Source: Stramenopiles sp. TOSAG23-2
Taxonomy: Eukaryota
Assembly (NCBI GenBank): GCA_900128395.1
Contig: LT649256.1
Location: forward strand, 1 to 57,485
Length of the DNA: 57,485 nt
Reading direction: 5' to 3'
The notes beneath the pieces are model-generated. The model worked only from the letters and a program-made list of their open reading frames with translations, searched no databases and was not told where the DNA came from. The translations under genes were made by a program, and so were the position numbers. Position 1 is the first letter of the stretch; every line of letters starts with the position of its first letter. Below are positions 9,936-21,200 of this stretch, one piece after another.

Positions 9936-11546
9936 ATGGGGGCAGGAGCGAGTATACAAATTGATGAAAAAACTAGCAATATGTTAAAGGAGGAAACGAT
10001 GAAACCAATTGATGCATCCGATGTTGCGACGCCAAGGGGTGAGAGTGCTATAGCTGAAGTTATCAGACTTCGTGCTTTAATAGCTGAAAATGCTGGAAAA
10101 AGTAACGAATCTTTTAATACTACATCATCTAGATTGGTTCCAGAAACATATCTTTCCGCCAGCACAATTTTAAAACAAATACACTCAAAAGAAAAATCTT
10201 GTGTTGACATTGTCAAAGCATCTTTACAACGTATTGAAGATACAAAAGTGATCAATGCATGTATAGATGTACTAACTGATTCTGCGCTAGCAGCTGCAAA
10301 GGCTGTCGATGAGAAAATTGCTGCCGGTGGCACGCTACGAAAACTAGAAGGTTTACCTATTTTTGTTAAATTGAATATTGAAGGCCCTAATGGTTCATTA
10401 GTTTCAGCTAGTACACCTGGATTATTGAATTTTCGACCGAACAAAACTGCACCGATTATTCAAAAATTGATTGATGCAGGTGCAATACCAATTGCAAAAA
10501 CTAATATGCCAGAAATGGCGGTTGGGTTGAATGGAAAATCGCCTGTTCATGGACGTTGTTTAAATCCAATTAATTTGGATTATAATTGTGGTGCTAGCAG
10601 CAGTGGTAATGGAGCTGGAATTGCAGCAGGAATTGTTTCATGTGGCATTGGCACTGATACTGCCGGGAGTACCCGTATACCATCAGCCTTATGTGGTATT
10701 GTTGGTGTAAGACCGAGCAAAGGCAGATACTCTACTGAAGGTGTTGTGCCAATAACAAGCTTGCGTGATACACCAGGGCCACAAGGTGCATTTGTATCCG
10801 ATGTTTGTTTACTCGATCATGTCATCACTGGTGATGCACTTGTTGCATATAACAAAGATGCATTAAAAGGTAAAAGGATAATTATACCCCATGATTGGAT
10901 TAAATTTAAAGCAAAAGATGGGTTATCTGAGGATGTCCAAAAATCATTAGATTTAGTCAAATCGGCATTAAAAAGTGCAGGCGCGGAAGTTATTGAGGAT
11001 GTAGAAGGCATGGTTGCAGTTCTTGAGTCAAACAAAGATACGTGGGCAGTGCCATTTTTACCAGTACCCGTTGAAAACACTTACGCTGATTTAAAAGCAT
11101 ATGTTGATCGTCATGATGATTTAAAAATGGAAGATATGGTCAAATTTGATAGCGCAATGATTTCTGCTATGTATAAACAAAAAGAAGGTACAGCAGAAGA
11201 ATTAAAAGTATTGTTTGATAAACGTGACGAGGGAGTGAAAAAAATGGAGGCAGCATATCAAGAATATTTAAAAGCAAACAATGCAAATTTGATTATGGTT
11301 CCAGCTTGTGCACAAGAAATTACTCGAATTGATGATGAAAATGAAGGTAAAAGAAATTTCGCAAATGAGTTTTTATTTTCATTTCACATGAACGAGTGTA
11401 ACAATCAACCATCGATGGCATTTCCCATACGCAATGTTAAGCATGCAACCAGTGGAATTCCGACGTCTGTATTATTATATGGAACAAACGACCAGGAATT
11501 ACTTGAGATGGCACTTTGTTTGGAGCAACAAGAAGCGTTGTTGTAG
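9936..11546 (+). CDS. Amidase-signature family enzyme with myristoylated N-terminal module
   Basis: LEGLPIFVK (catalytic Lys), AKTNMPE, GASSSGNG, GTDTAGSTRIPSALCGIVGVRPS (Ser-cisSer-Lys triad). N-terminus MGAGAS. Confidence 0.92.
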   Translation: MGAGASIQIDEKTSNMLKEETMKPIDASDVATPRGESAIAEVIRLRALIAENAGKSNESFNTTSSRLVPETYLSASTILKQIHSKEKSCVDIVKASLQRIEDTKVINACIDVLTDSALAAAKAVDEKIAAGGTLRKLEGLPIFVKLNIEGPNGSLVSASTPGLLNFRPNKTAPIIQKLIDAGAIPIAKTNMPEMAVGLNGKSPVHGRCLNPINLDYNCGASSSGNGAGIAAGIVSCGIGTDTAGSTRIPSALCGIVGVRPSKGRYSTEGVVPITSLRDTPGPQGAFVSDVCLLDHVITGDALVAYNKDALKGKRIIIPHDWIKFKAKDGLSEDVQKSLDLVKSALKSAGAEVIEDVEGMVAVLESNKDTWAVPFLPVPVENTYADLKAYVDRHDDLKMEDMVKFDSAMISAMYKQKEGTAEELKVLFDKRDEGVKKMEAAYQEYLKANNANLIMVPACAQEITRIDDENEGKRNFANEFLFSFHMNECNNQPSMAFPIRNVKHATSGIPTSVLLYGTNDQELLEMALCLEQQEALL

Positions 11547-12006
11547 TTGTTTCTTAAATCAAACATAATAATTTCTTTTAATTTTTTTAAATACGATTGT
11601 AAACTAATTTTTGTTGTGTCTCGCGAAAATATACGAAAGTGTGAAATTGTAGGTATTACAAATTACAAGCCAGCAGCAAGGTACATATATACAAGTGCCA
11701 CCACCTATAACTAAAGCTTAACTAAGAAAGGTTTTAAGGTCGTCCTCTTTTTGTTCAAAAATCCAGAGAGAATAATCGCTATTCATTAAAAATAAAACCA
11801 GGTATATCGGCCGGGGAAAAACACCTTAACCTCACGAAGTCGAAGCGAGGAGGCGAGGAGGCGAGGACGGCGGATGATGAAAAAAGGAGGGACCGGGCGT
11901 ATAGTTTTATATCACATTTATACATTTATAAACGAATTGCAGATAGACATTGACATATAGATAGAGATATTATCATACATATTGTGATAAATATTGGAAA
12001 GAGAGA

Positions 12007-12047
<41 letters not shown>

Positions 12048-12059
12048 TACGAAAACAAT

Positions 12060-13214
12060 ATGTCCTCCTCCATTACCACTACACGTGTAGCAATATTTAC
12101 CATATTTGCATTATGTATCGGTATTGCATTATTATCGATTGATAGTAATCAAGAAGAAAAACGACGTTTATCATCCTCCAATCAATTGATTGGACAAGGT
12201 AGTACGTTATTAAATACAAGACAAAAAGTCGGTGCATGTAATGGTGTCGAAGTGACTGTTACAAAAATCGATGGTTTAAAAAACAATGGAGATTGGATTA
12301 CTGGAAATGATTTGTATTTAAAAGTTTCCCCAGAACCAGAAGGTAGAGATACTACAAAAGTTCAATGGAATTCTGGATCATCCTCAAAAAATTTAAATAA
12401 AAAATTTTGTTGGGCTGACAAAAAAGTTTCTAAGGTAGAATTTGCAGTTATGGACAAAGATTGGTTGTCAAAAGATGATATGTTAGCAACCGTTGAAGTA
12501 AATTTAAATGAAAATGGCAAACAAGTTGCAAGTGGGACGAATGGGGCAAAATTAAATGTCGAAATTACTGGTGCAGATCTAAAGATGGCCCATTTGGCGA
12601 TTGGAAAGATTTTGAAGACCGTAAATGTTTAGCCAGAGGTGTAGATTGGTCATATTCAAAAAGAGGAAAAGCAAAAATGCCTCTTCGTACCGCGCTAGCA
12701 GCAATTGTAGCAAACGTGAAAACGTTTCCAAAATTCCATGAAAATACATATGGTAGAATCCATGGGATGCCTCATGTGCATCTTGGTGGTCATATGGGTA
12801 GAATGTGGAGTCCTCAAGATCCAATATTCTTTTCCCACCATGCTTTCATTGACAAACTTTGGTACAATCATCAAGATTGCCACGATCATAATGACAAAGA
12901 AAAAGCGCTTTGGGAAGCTCCTCAATTGGAAGCACCTGGAAGAAAAACATCCCGCGATCAAGAACTGCCATTTTGCATGCCAAGAAAATTTTCCGCGATG
13001 GAATGGGCACAAGTTAACAAGGAATTGCTATCGTTCTTAAAGCCAAAAGCATCAAAAAGTACACATTAGCGAATGTAAAAAATTGCGAATGAAATTAAAG
13101 AAAGACGATGAAGAATGTGGGGCACATAATGATAATAGAGATGCTTGTATTGAAATCGAGAAATGCGTATGGTTACGAGATACGAAAGAAGAAGGAAAAG
13201 GTAAATGTGTGTAA
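12060..13214 (+). pseudogene. Disrupted C2-domain / tyrosinase gene (CuB half only) in three frames
   Basis: Frame 1 (ATG 12060): hydrophobic anchor, RRLS, C2-like domain (DLYLKV...VMDKDWLSKDD). Frame 2 from ~12580: DGPFGDW...HGMPHVHLGGHMGRMWSPQDPIFFSHHAFIDKLW (tyrosinase CuB). Frame 3 from ~13056: Cys-rich tail ending KGKCV-stop at 13214. No CuA region is visible. Confidence 0.7.
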
Positions 13215-13508
13215 AAAATTTTTTTTTCAAGTGGAGTACACGAAATACACACCCCCTATTTTTTTAAAAAAATGCTTTTATGTCCAAAATACGAATTTAA
13301 TATTTTATGATACGAGTCGTACAATAACTTTCTTCTTCTATGCATACCTATGCATACATGCATACTGTTATTACAGCGCGTTTTAAAAAAAATATGAAAA
13401 ATACATGCCGTTATATTTACTTTTGTGACTTTTTACACCACACACCACAAAAATTTTCTTCACATACACACACACCTCTCTTTTCTGTTTCCTCTCTTTA
13501 TTTTCTTC

Positions 13509-15410
13509 TTACGACTCCATCGATGCAGCTGCGCTACTATCTCCAAATTCTGCCATTAATTCTGCCATGACATCATCAATGACTGCTTCTCTTTCATCTT
13601 GTATACCATTTTCACTTAACCATCTTTCAGCATCTAATGCACTCATTGCACCACTACCAGCACTAGTAACTGCTTGTCTATAAATTTTATCTGCAACATC
13701 CCCAGCAGCAAAGAAACCATCAATTGATGTACGTGTAGTACCATCAAATGTTTTTAAATAACCTTGTCCATCCATTTCAATATTTGTATTTTTTAATATT
13801 TTCGTATTTGGATCATGGCCAATAGCTACAAAAGCGCCAGTGCATTCGATTCGTTTTACTTCACCAGTTTGCGTATTTTTTAAATGTACATGTGTTAATA
13901 AATTTTCTCCTTGATCATTTTGTTTCCCTTCAAATTGTTCTACTGTGCTATTCCACATAACATCAATCGTTCCATGTTGTAAGACTCTTTGTGCTAATAC
14001 ATGACTAGCACGAAACTCATTACGTCGATGTACAACTGTTACGCGACTAGATGTACGTGCCAATACTAATGCATCTTCCATAGCAGTATCGCCACCACCA
14101 ATAACAATAACATGTTGATCACGATATAAAAATCCATCACATGTTGCACAACTACTAACACCACCACCACGATATTCATATTCACCTGGAACACCTAACC
14201 ATCTTGAATCTGCACCAGTTGCCATGATAATAGAATGTACTTTAAACTTGGTATCATTTGTAAATATTTCAAATGGTCGATTATTTAAATCAACTTTTGT
14301 TACTAAATCTTGTAAAAAGGATGTTCCAAATTCAGCAGCTTGTTTTCTCATATCTTGTACAATAATTGGCCCAGTAATACCAGTAACAGCAGGGTAATTT
14401 TCCACTAACACACCTTTTCCTTGCAATTGCCCACCTTCTAATGGCGCAATGATGACTGGTGATAATCCAGCACGTGCTGCATAAATTGCAGCAGATAATC
14501 CAGCTGGTCCACCACCAATAATTGCTAATCTTTCCGGAATATCCATTGGATCTGGTAAGAATTTTCTTAATTTCTCACCTTCGTCTTCTTCATCATCATC
14601 TTCCTTATTTTCCTCTTCTTTTTCTTTCCTACGATCAATTTCTTCCAATAAATCATCCATTGAGGCTAAATGTAAATTTGGTTGCAATGGTACATTTTTA
14701 TTCTTACCATTTTTTCCTCCTTTTCGTGCACTTGTTTTACTACTACTGCTACTTCCACCACCTTTACTACCACTATTTTCACTCCATTTCACTGTATCTG
14801 GTGCTTTTCCATATTTCTTTTTCAATGCTTTTAATACACGATAATGACCTGGACCACCATCACCACATTTTGATAAAACCTTTGTAATTTGTGCATCCAA
14901 TTTTGCTGCATCATCTTTATAATCAGTATCCGGTAAACTGGTATAATATTCTTTCAATGTTTCGTTTGTTAACTCTACATCATATTTTTCTGCTTCACTA
15001 GCTAAGCGTTGTGTAAATTGTTGCAACGAATTCATATCAGCACCTGAAAATTGATGTCGTTTTTTCCCTAATAAATAAAACTGAAACGTTGGCATAGATC
15101 TAATTTGTTGTCTTCCTGATGTTTCACGATTGTAGTTCACATCTACCTTTGCAAATACTGCTTTGCCTTTATAACGTTTTGCTAGTTGTTTATAGTGTGG
15201 AGCAATTTGTCGACAAGGACCACAACCATGTGAAAAATAATCAACAATCACAGGTAAACCAGTTTTTTCTTTATGATGTTTCAGTAAACGTTGAAATTCA
15301 CGATCGGTTTTTACATTACGTACAGTTGGTCTTGCATTTACTAACAATATTGTTATTGTTAATATACAAGCAATTAATATTACCATATTGTTCTTTTTTT
15401 TCAACATCAT
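13509..15410 (-). CDS. Signal-peptide-bearing thioredoxin + NADPH thioredoxin reductase (low-Mr TrxB type) fusion
   Basis: Hydrophobic N-terminus ending LLVNA; Trx domain with GCGPC and SMPTF; reductase domain with IIGGGPAG, ENYP, ATG, GVSSCATCDG, VIGGGDTAMEDA, HRR, FAAGDV, RQAVTSAGSG. Confidence 0.93.
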   Translation of the reverse strand: MMLKKKNNMVILIACILTITILLVNARPTVRNVKTDREFQRLLKHHKEKTGLPVIVDYFSHGCGPCRQIAPHYKQLAKRYKGKAVFAKVDVNYNRETSGRQQIRSMPTFQFYLLGKKRHQFSGADMNSLQQFTQRLASEAEKYDVELTNETLKEYYTSLPDTDYKDDAAKLDAQITKVLSKCGDGGPGHYRVLKALKKKYGKAPDTVKWSENSGSKGGGSSSSSKTSARKGGKNGKNKNVPLQPNLHLASMDDLLEEIDRRKEKEEENKEDDDEEDEGEKLRKFLPDPMDIPERLAIIGGGPAGLSAAIYAARAGLSPVIIAPLEGGQLQGKGVLVENYPAVTGITGPIIVQDMRKQAAEFGTSFLQDLVTKVDLNNRPFEIFTNDTKFKVHSIIMATGADSRWLGVPGEYEYRGGGVSSCATCDGFLYRDQHVIVIGGGDTAMEDALVLARTSSRVTVVHRRNEFRASHVLAQRVLQHGTIDVMWNSTVEQFEGKQNDQGENLLTHVHLKNTQTGEVKRIECTGAFVAIGHDPNTKILKNTNIEMDGQGYLKTFDGTTRTSIDGFFAAGDVADKIYRQAVTSAGSGAMSALDAERWLSENGIQDEREAVIDDVMAELMAEFGDSSAAASMES

Positions 15411-16312
15411 ATTGTACTATATACTGTATGATTAAACTATAAAACTATAAAAAAAGAAGAAAAAAAACAAACTAAAAAATATCAAATGAATATAATAATA
15501 ATAATACAAAAAATGTATGATATATATATATATATATATATGATTTCGTTTAATAATAATTCACCACACAAGCCAGGCAAGAATGAATAAAATAAGCGTA
15601 GTCGATGTATCAAAACAGAGAATAATTCGAATGTTTTCCTTCTTCTCCCTACTTTCTCTTCGTTACAGGTCGCTTTGTCCATAACTTGTGTATAAATTCG
15701 ACACGTGTTTTGTCTGTTCGCCCTTCCATCCACAATTTTTTCATTTTTTTATTCACAAATGTGGTGGTTTTAAGGTGGGGATGGTTGGCGTATTTAAGGG
15801 ATTTGAAAAAGAACCACCACTCTCGAAGTATAGAGATCTAGATCTACGACTACGAGGTGTACTCTGGACACCAGACACCAGAGATTTTCCTTGCCAGTAC
15901 CCTGACAAGGAAAACATACGAGGTGTATAATGAGTATCACATATGATACAACTTGTAGTTAAAATAATCTTAACACACACATATGATAGTAATTATATTT
16001 TAATTTTTTTAATTCGATATATACTATACCAGGTATAGATAATTTTCTCTTATGCTCATATGTATATTACAAATTTCTTTTACTCCCGTAAATTAAAGTC
16101 TCAAATCAAAAGTGATTTAAATACGAATTTTTTTACGTATTATATATTATAACTTAGATTTTAACCATCGTATATTATATACGAGTAGTAAATCGTTTAA
16201 TATTCAAAAGAATCTTATTCCGTCTGTGATTTAAAGTTAGGTAATATTATATATATATACATAACGTATTGAGATTCTACGTATTAATACATATTAACCA
16301 CGGAATAAACAA

Positions 16313-17197
16313 TTATTCGCCACATTCACCTTCATTATCATGTGGTAAAATCGTAGTTTCCCAACAATAACGATCGCCATTTGCATCCCACCAACTGATA
16401 ACAGGACAATTGGTTAAAATTTTTTCACCACTTTTCAATGTCTTTTGTTCACAACAATTTGGCGTACCAGCACCATTACTTCTCATAATACCATGAAATA
16501 TTTTTCCATCGTATAATTTTGCAGTAAATGCAATTTTTTCTTGTGCACCATGAACAATTTTAAGATTTGTAATTGTATCAGGGAATGTATTATTTAAACT
16601 TTTAATTGCAATTGCAGTAGCATTGATGGTATTGATTGTAAAATATTGTGCCTGCTGACCTTCGCTTCCAACTTCATGATAAATTTCAGTTTTCTTATTG
16701 AATTTACAAAGATCCGTCACTGGCGCTGGTGTTGGTTCATCTGCATGAACCCAATCTCCATACGGGCTAAAACCATTCATCCAACCAATAATCCCACATG
16801 ATTCCATTATAGTGCTTTTTAAAACTTTACCAGCATCACTAAAATATGCTTCTAAATATGTTGTACAATTACCCTCGCTTGTTGGTATTGGTGGAGCTTT
16901 TACACAATTTAAAGGATATGGATGTGTATTATCTTTTGGTTCAATAACAATTCTAGCTATTGTATCTTTGAACGTATTATTTAACGATTTGATTGTAACT
17001 GCGGTATCATTCAAATATTCCATTTGAAACACTTCCAAGGAATCGATACCATGCCATATTTTTGGTGAACATTTTAAATCATGTACATCTTTGCATGTTA
17101 ACAATTCAGTAATTGGACAATACGCCGGTGCTTGTGCATAAATGCATGTTGGTGCAATTAATAATAATAATAATAATATATTTAAATAATATTTCAT
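16313..17197 (-). CDS. Secreted Cys-containing protein with an internal two-fold repeat, function unknown
   Basis: Signal peptide MKYYLNILLLLLLIAPTCIYA; repeated IKSLNNTFxDTI and CxIIxW / CPVISW segments. Confidence 0.8.
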   Translation of the reverse strand: MKYYLNILLLLLLIAPTCIYAQAPAYCPITELLTCKDVHDLKCSPKIWHGIDSLEVFQMEYLNDTAVTIKSLNNTFKDTIARIVIEPKDNTHPYPLNCVKAPPIPTSEGNCTTYLEAYFSDAGKVLKSTIMESCGIIGWMNGFSPYGDWVHADEPTPAPVTDLCKFNKKTEIYHEVGSEGQQAQYFTINTINATAIAIKSLNNTFPDTITNLKIVHGAQEKIAFTAKLYDGKIFHGIMRSNGAGTPNCCEQKTLKSGEKILTNCPVISWWDANGDRYCWETTILPHDNEGECGE

Positions 17198-17423
17198 TGT
17201 GTCTTTTCAATATGTTATTGTATTATCACACGGATCGATATTTTATTTATGTAATGAAAACCAGGAGATAGGAATGTAGCAGAGTATCCAATTATAAAAA
17301 ACGATCTTGTTCTTTTTTTTTCTCCCTTTCTTTTCCGCTAGATATATAAATTGTATCCAATTTCATTTTTATTATGTGTTGTTACAATATCTTTTTTCGC
17401 GCAGAGTGTTTTTTGTTTTTTGT

Positions 17424-17624
17424 TAATGATGTGACATTGCTACAGCAGTGCTGGATATTATATGGTAAAAACAAAAAATAACGTGCTGCTGAAAAATAAT
17501 AAAAAAAAACGTGCTGAAAATAATAAATTGAAAAATTACGAGTCGCTCGTATAATATCGATACATGTAGTAATTTTCTATGGAGATATAATTAGTGGAAA
17601 AAGACAAAGAAGGCACCCCTCCTT
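17424..17624 (+). repeat. Degenerate direct repeat copy A (partner at 22697..22850)
   Basis: Shared colinear blocks TAATGATGTGA, TGCTGG, AAAAAAAAACGTGCTGAAAATA, GAGTCGCT, AATTTTCTAT, TATGGAGATATAA, GGAAAAAGACAnAGAAGGCACCCCTCCTT. Confidence 0.85.
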
Positions 17625-18222
17625 TACCTTAAAAACAAAATTGGCTCATCACCCCCAGCCAAATTTTAATTTGTGCAAGTCTTTGTGATAGAATAAAATT
17701 TCGAACCAAAAAAGGTACCTGGTACTACAGTATAATACATAATTTGTTCCATTTTTTGCGATTTTTCGTCGATTTCCTATCAAGTAGTTAAATTATATTA
17801 TACTAATATTGTACTTAAATAGAAAAATGTTGGAGGAAAGGAGGTGTTTAATCGGAGGGGCTGTTTTTCCAGATCTAATCTGATCGACTGTAATATTAAT
17901 CCTTAAGGATAAGCATACGGCCACAGACAGCACAGAGGAGCGATCATCCATAAATAATTGTTGAGAAAAAATATATATCCTACTCTAAAAGGATCTTTTT
18001 TTTGGATCTTCTATATATATCATCTTTCGATTTTCTTCTTGTATATATTATAATATGTTTCATGTTCTCCTATCCATATCGTTAATGTACATTACGATAA
18101 CTTTGATGAAACAAAAAGAAAAGGAAAGAAAAAATATAAGAATAATATAGTCACATATAATATATTATATAAACTGTGTATACAATTGATAATAATAATA
18201 AATATATATTTTCATAATAAAC

Positions 18223-21200
18223 ATGGCATCCCAAGTTGCTGCAGAACAAGAAAATGCTACTATTACAGTTCCGCCGTTTAAAGTCCACATATCCAATTTG
18301 CCGTTAGATTGTATGGAACATCATATACCAAATTTCTTTATGGAAGATCGAGACGATATAAAAAATATCAAAATTAAACGTTTGAACGGAAATTCAAAAG
18401 GTTGGGGATTTGTTACATTTGGTACTCTTGAATCTATGAAACATGCATTGACTTTATCAGGGAAAGGATTTGGTGGTAATATAATTAAAGTTAAAGTCGC
18501 AATTGATAATAATGATGAACAGAAAAAAACATTGTTAACATGTGTTATTGCGGAAGAGACACTTGATGATCCAGTCGTATTATGTGATGGAAATACGTAT
18601 TCACGGAATGCTATTGAAAAGTGGTTGGAAGTTTACAATACCTCACCATTGACAAAAAAGGAACTTACAACAAAAATATTATATCCAAATTTATTTGCAC
18701 AAAAGAAATTAAGAAAATGTAAAGAAACGGGAAACGAAAAAAATGATGCAAATATATTAGGATTCTTCAGTGTACCAAAGATGAGTATTGATTTATTGAA
18801 CCGAACCAAAAACCCTCAAAGGGATGAGGGCGAGGATAATTCAAATTCTATTTTAAGTAATGGATATCCTGCACCTTTTATTGTTGACAATGCCCCAGCC
18901 AATAATAATAATAATATTACGCCATTACCATCGACAAGCCCGCTTAATAAAAGTGGCGAAATTCAATCGGATAATGATCCCTCACCACCCCAAATGAAAC
19001 GAATCAAGAGTTTGCAAGTAGCAAGCCCGGAGGAAATTGATTTAATGTGCATTTTTACACAACAACTCTTTGAAGATCCTGTTATCACATGTGATGGAAA
19101 TACATATTCAGAAAAAAATATTAAGAAATGGTTTGAAGAACACAATACATCACCATTAACGAACAAGCAACTTTCCACTAAAATTTATTATCCAAACATC
19201 ATGGTTGAAAAATATGTTTTGGCATATAAAGAAAAATTAGGAATCAAATTAATTGAATTGATTGAACGGAAAGAAATGAAACGTATTGAAGAAATGTTAG
19301 AAGAAGGAAAAGCTGATTTGAATCTTTGTCGCCCAGAAGATGGTAAAAGTGCAGCATCAATGGCGTTTGAATTAGGATTAAAAGATGTGCTTTATTCCTT
19401 GTATCTGAAGGGTGCGGTAGAATGTCAACGCCAACAAGACATTGTTGAATTGATATTCAGTATTGAAAATGTTGATATGAGCAAGCTACTACAGGCAGCA
19501 TCAGAATTTGGCCATAACGGCATGTTTGAAAAATATGTTTTGGCATATAAAGAAAAATTAGGAATCAAATTAATTGAATTGATTGAACGGAAAGAAATGA
19601 AACGTATTGAAGAAATGTTGGAAGAAGGAAAAGCTGATTTGAATCTTTGTCGCCCAGAAGATGGTAAAAGTGCAGCATCAATGGCGTTTGAATTAGGATT
19701 AAAAGATGTGCTTTATTCCTTGTATCTGAAGGGTGCGGTAGAATGTCAACGCCAACAAGACATTGTTGAATTGATATTCAGTATTGAAAATGTTGATACG
19801 AGCAAGCTACTACAGGCAGCATCAGAATTTGGCCATAAAGGCATGTTTGAATTAATTTTCAATGCAAATGACAATGATAACAATAAACTCCATCAGAATA
19901 ATCACACATTGTTACACGTGGCAGCAGAGAATGGACATATTGAAATTGTTGACTTACTCCTAAAAGTTAGGAATCTCGATGTGAATAAAGCAGATGATGT
20001 TATTGGAGAAACAGCATTGTTGAAAGCAGCCAGGAAAGGTCAACATGCCATAGTTGCTCGACTTTTGAATGCGAAGGGTATTAATGTTAATAAAGAAAAA
20101 GTTACTGGATCAACACCTTTATTTGTAGCAGTATCAAAAGGCCACAAAGCAATCGTTGAGTTACTTTTAAGTGCAAATGATATTGATGTTAATAAAACTG
20201 ATAATGATGGATGGACATCATTATTATTGTCAGTGCACGAGGGGCATAAATATATCGTCGAATCACTTTTAAAGGTAAATGATATTAGAATCAACAAAGC
20301 AAACAGTGATAATGAGACACCGTTGAACCGAGCAGCTTCACAAGGCAATTTAGAAATCGTCGAGTTGCTTTTAAAGGTAAATGATGTTAAAGTTAATATG
20401 GCAAACGATAATGGATACACACCATTAATTACAGCTGCTACGAAAGGACATAAGGAAATCGTCGAATTACTTTTAAAGGTAAATGATATTAAAGTTAATG
20501 TGGCAAACAATGATGGATACACACCATTATTTATAGCTGCTACGAAAGGAGATAAGGAAATCGTCGAATTACTTTTAAAGGTAAATGATATTGATGTTAA
20601 TAAAACCGATAATGATAATGAGACACCGTTATTTATGACTGTACGCCAAGGCAATATTGAAATTGTTAAATTACTTTTAAATGCAAATGATATTGATATT
20701 AATAAATCAGATGTGACAGCTCGAACACCATTGTACAAAGCAGTTTCAGAGGGGCATAAAGATATCGTCGAATTACTTTTAAAGGTAAATAATGTTGACA
20801 TTAATAAAACTAATAATGAAGGATACACACCATTAATGAAGGCTGCTTCGGAAGGACATAAGGAAATCTTCGAATTACTTTTAAATGTAAACGATATTGC
20901 AATTGATGTAAATAAAGGTACGACGGATGATGGCAAAACACCTTTGTATTTTGCTGCACAGTACGGCCATAAAGATATTGTCAATGTATTATTACAACAT
21001 GAATCAGTTGATGTAAATAAAGCAACAACGGATGATGGCTGGACACCGTTGTATGTAGCTGCAGATGACGGTCATAAAGATATTGTTGATATATTATTAC
21101 AACATGAATCAATTGATGTAAATAAAGCAACAACGGATGATGGCTGGACACCGTTGTTTAGAGCAGCAGAGCACGGCCATAAAGATATTGTTGATATATT

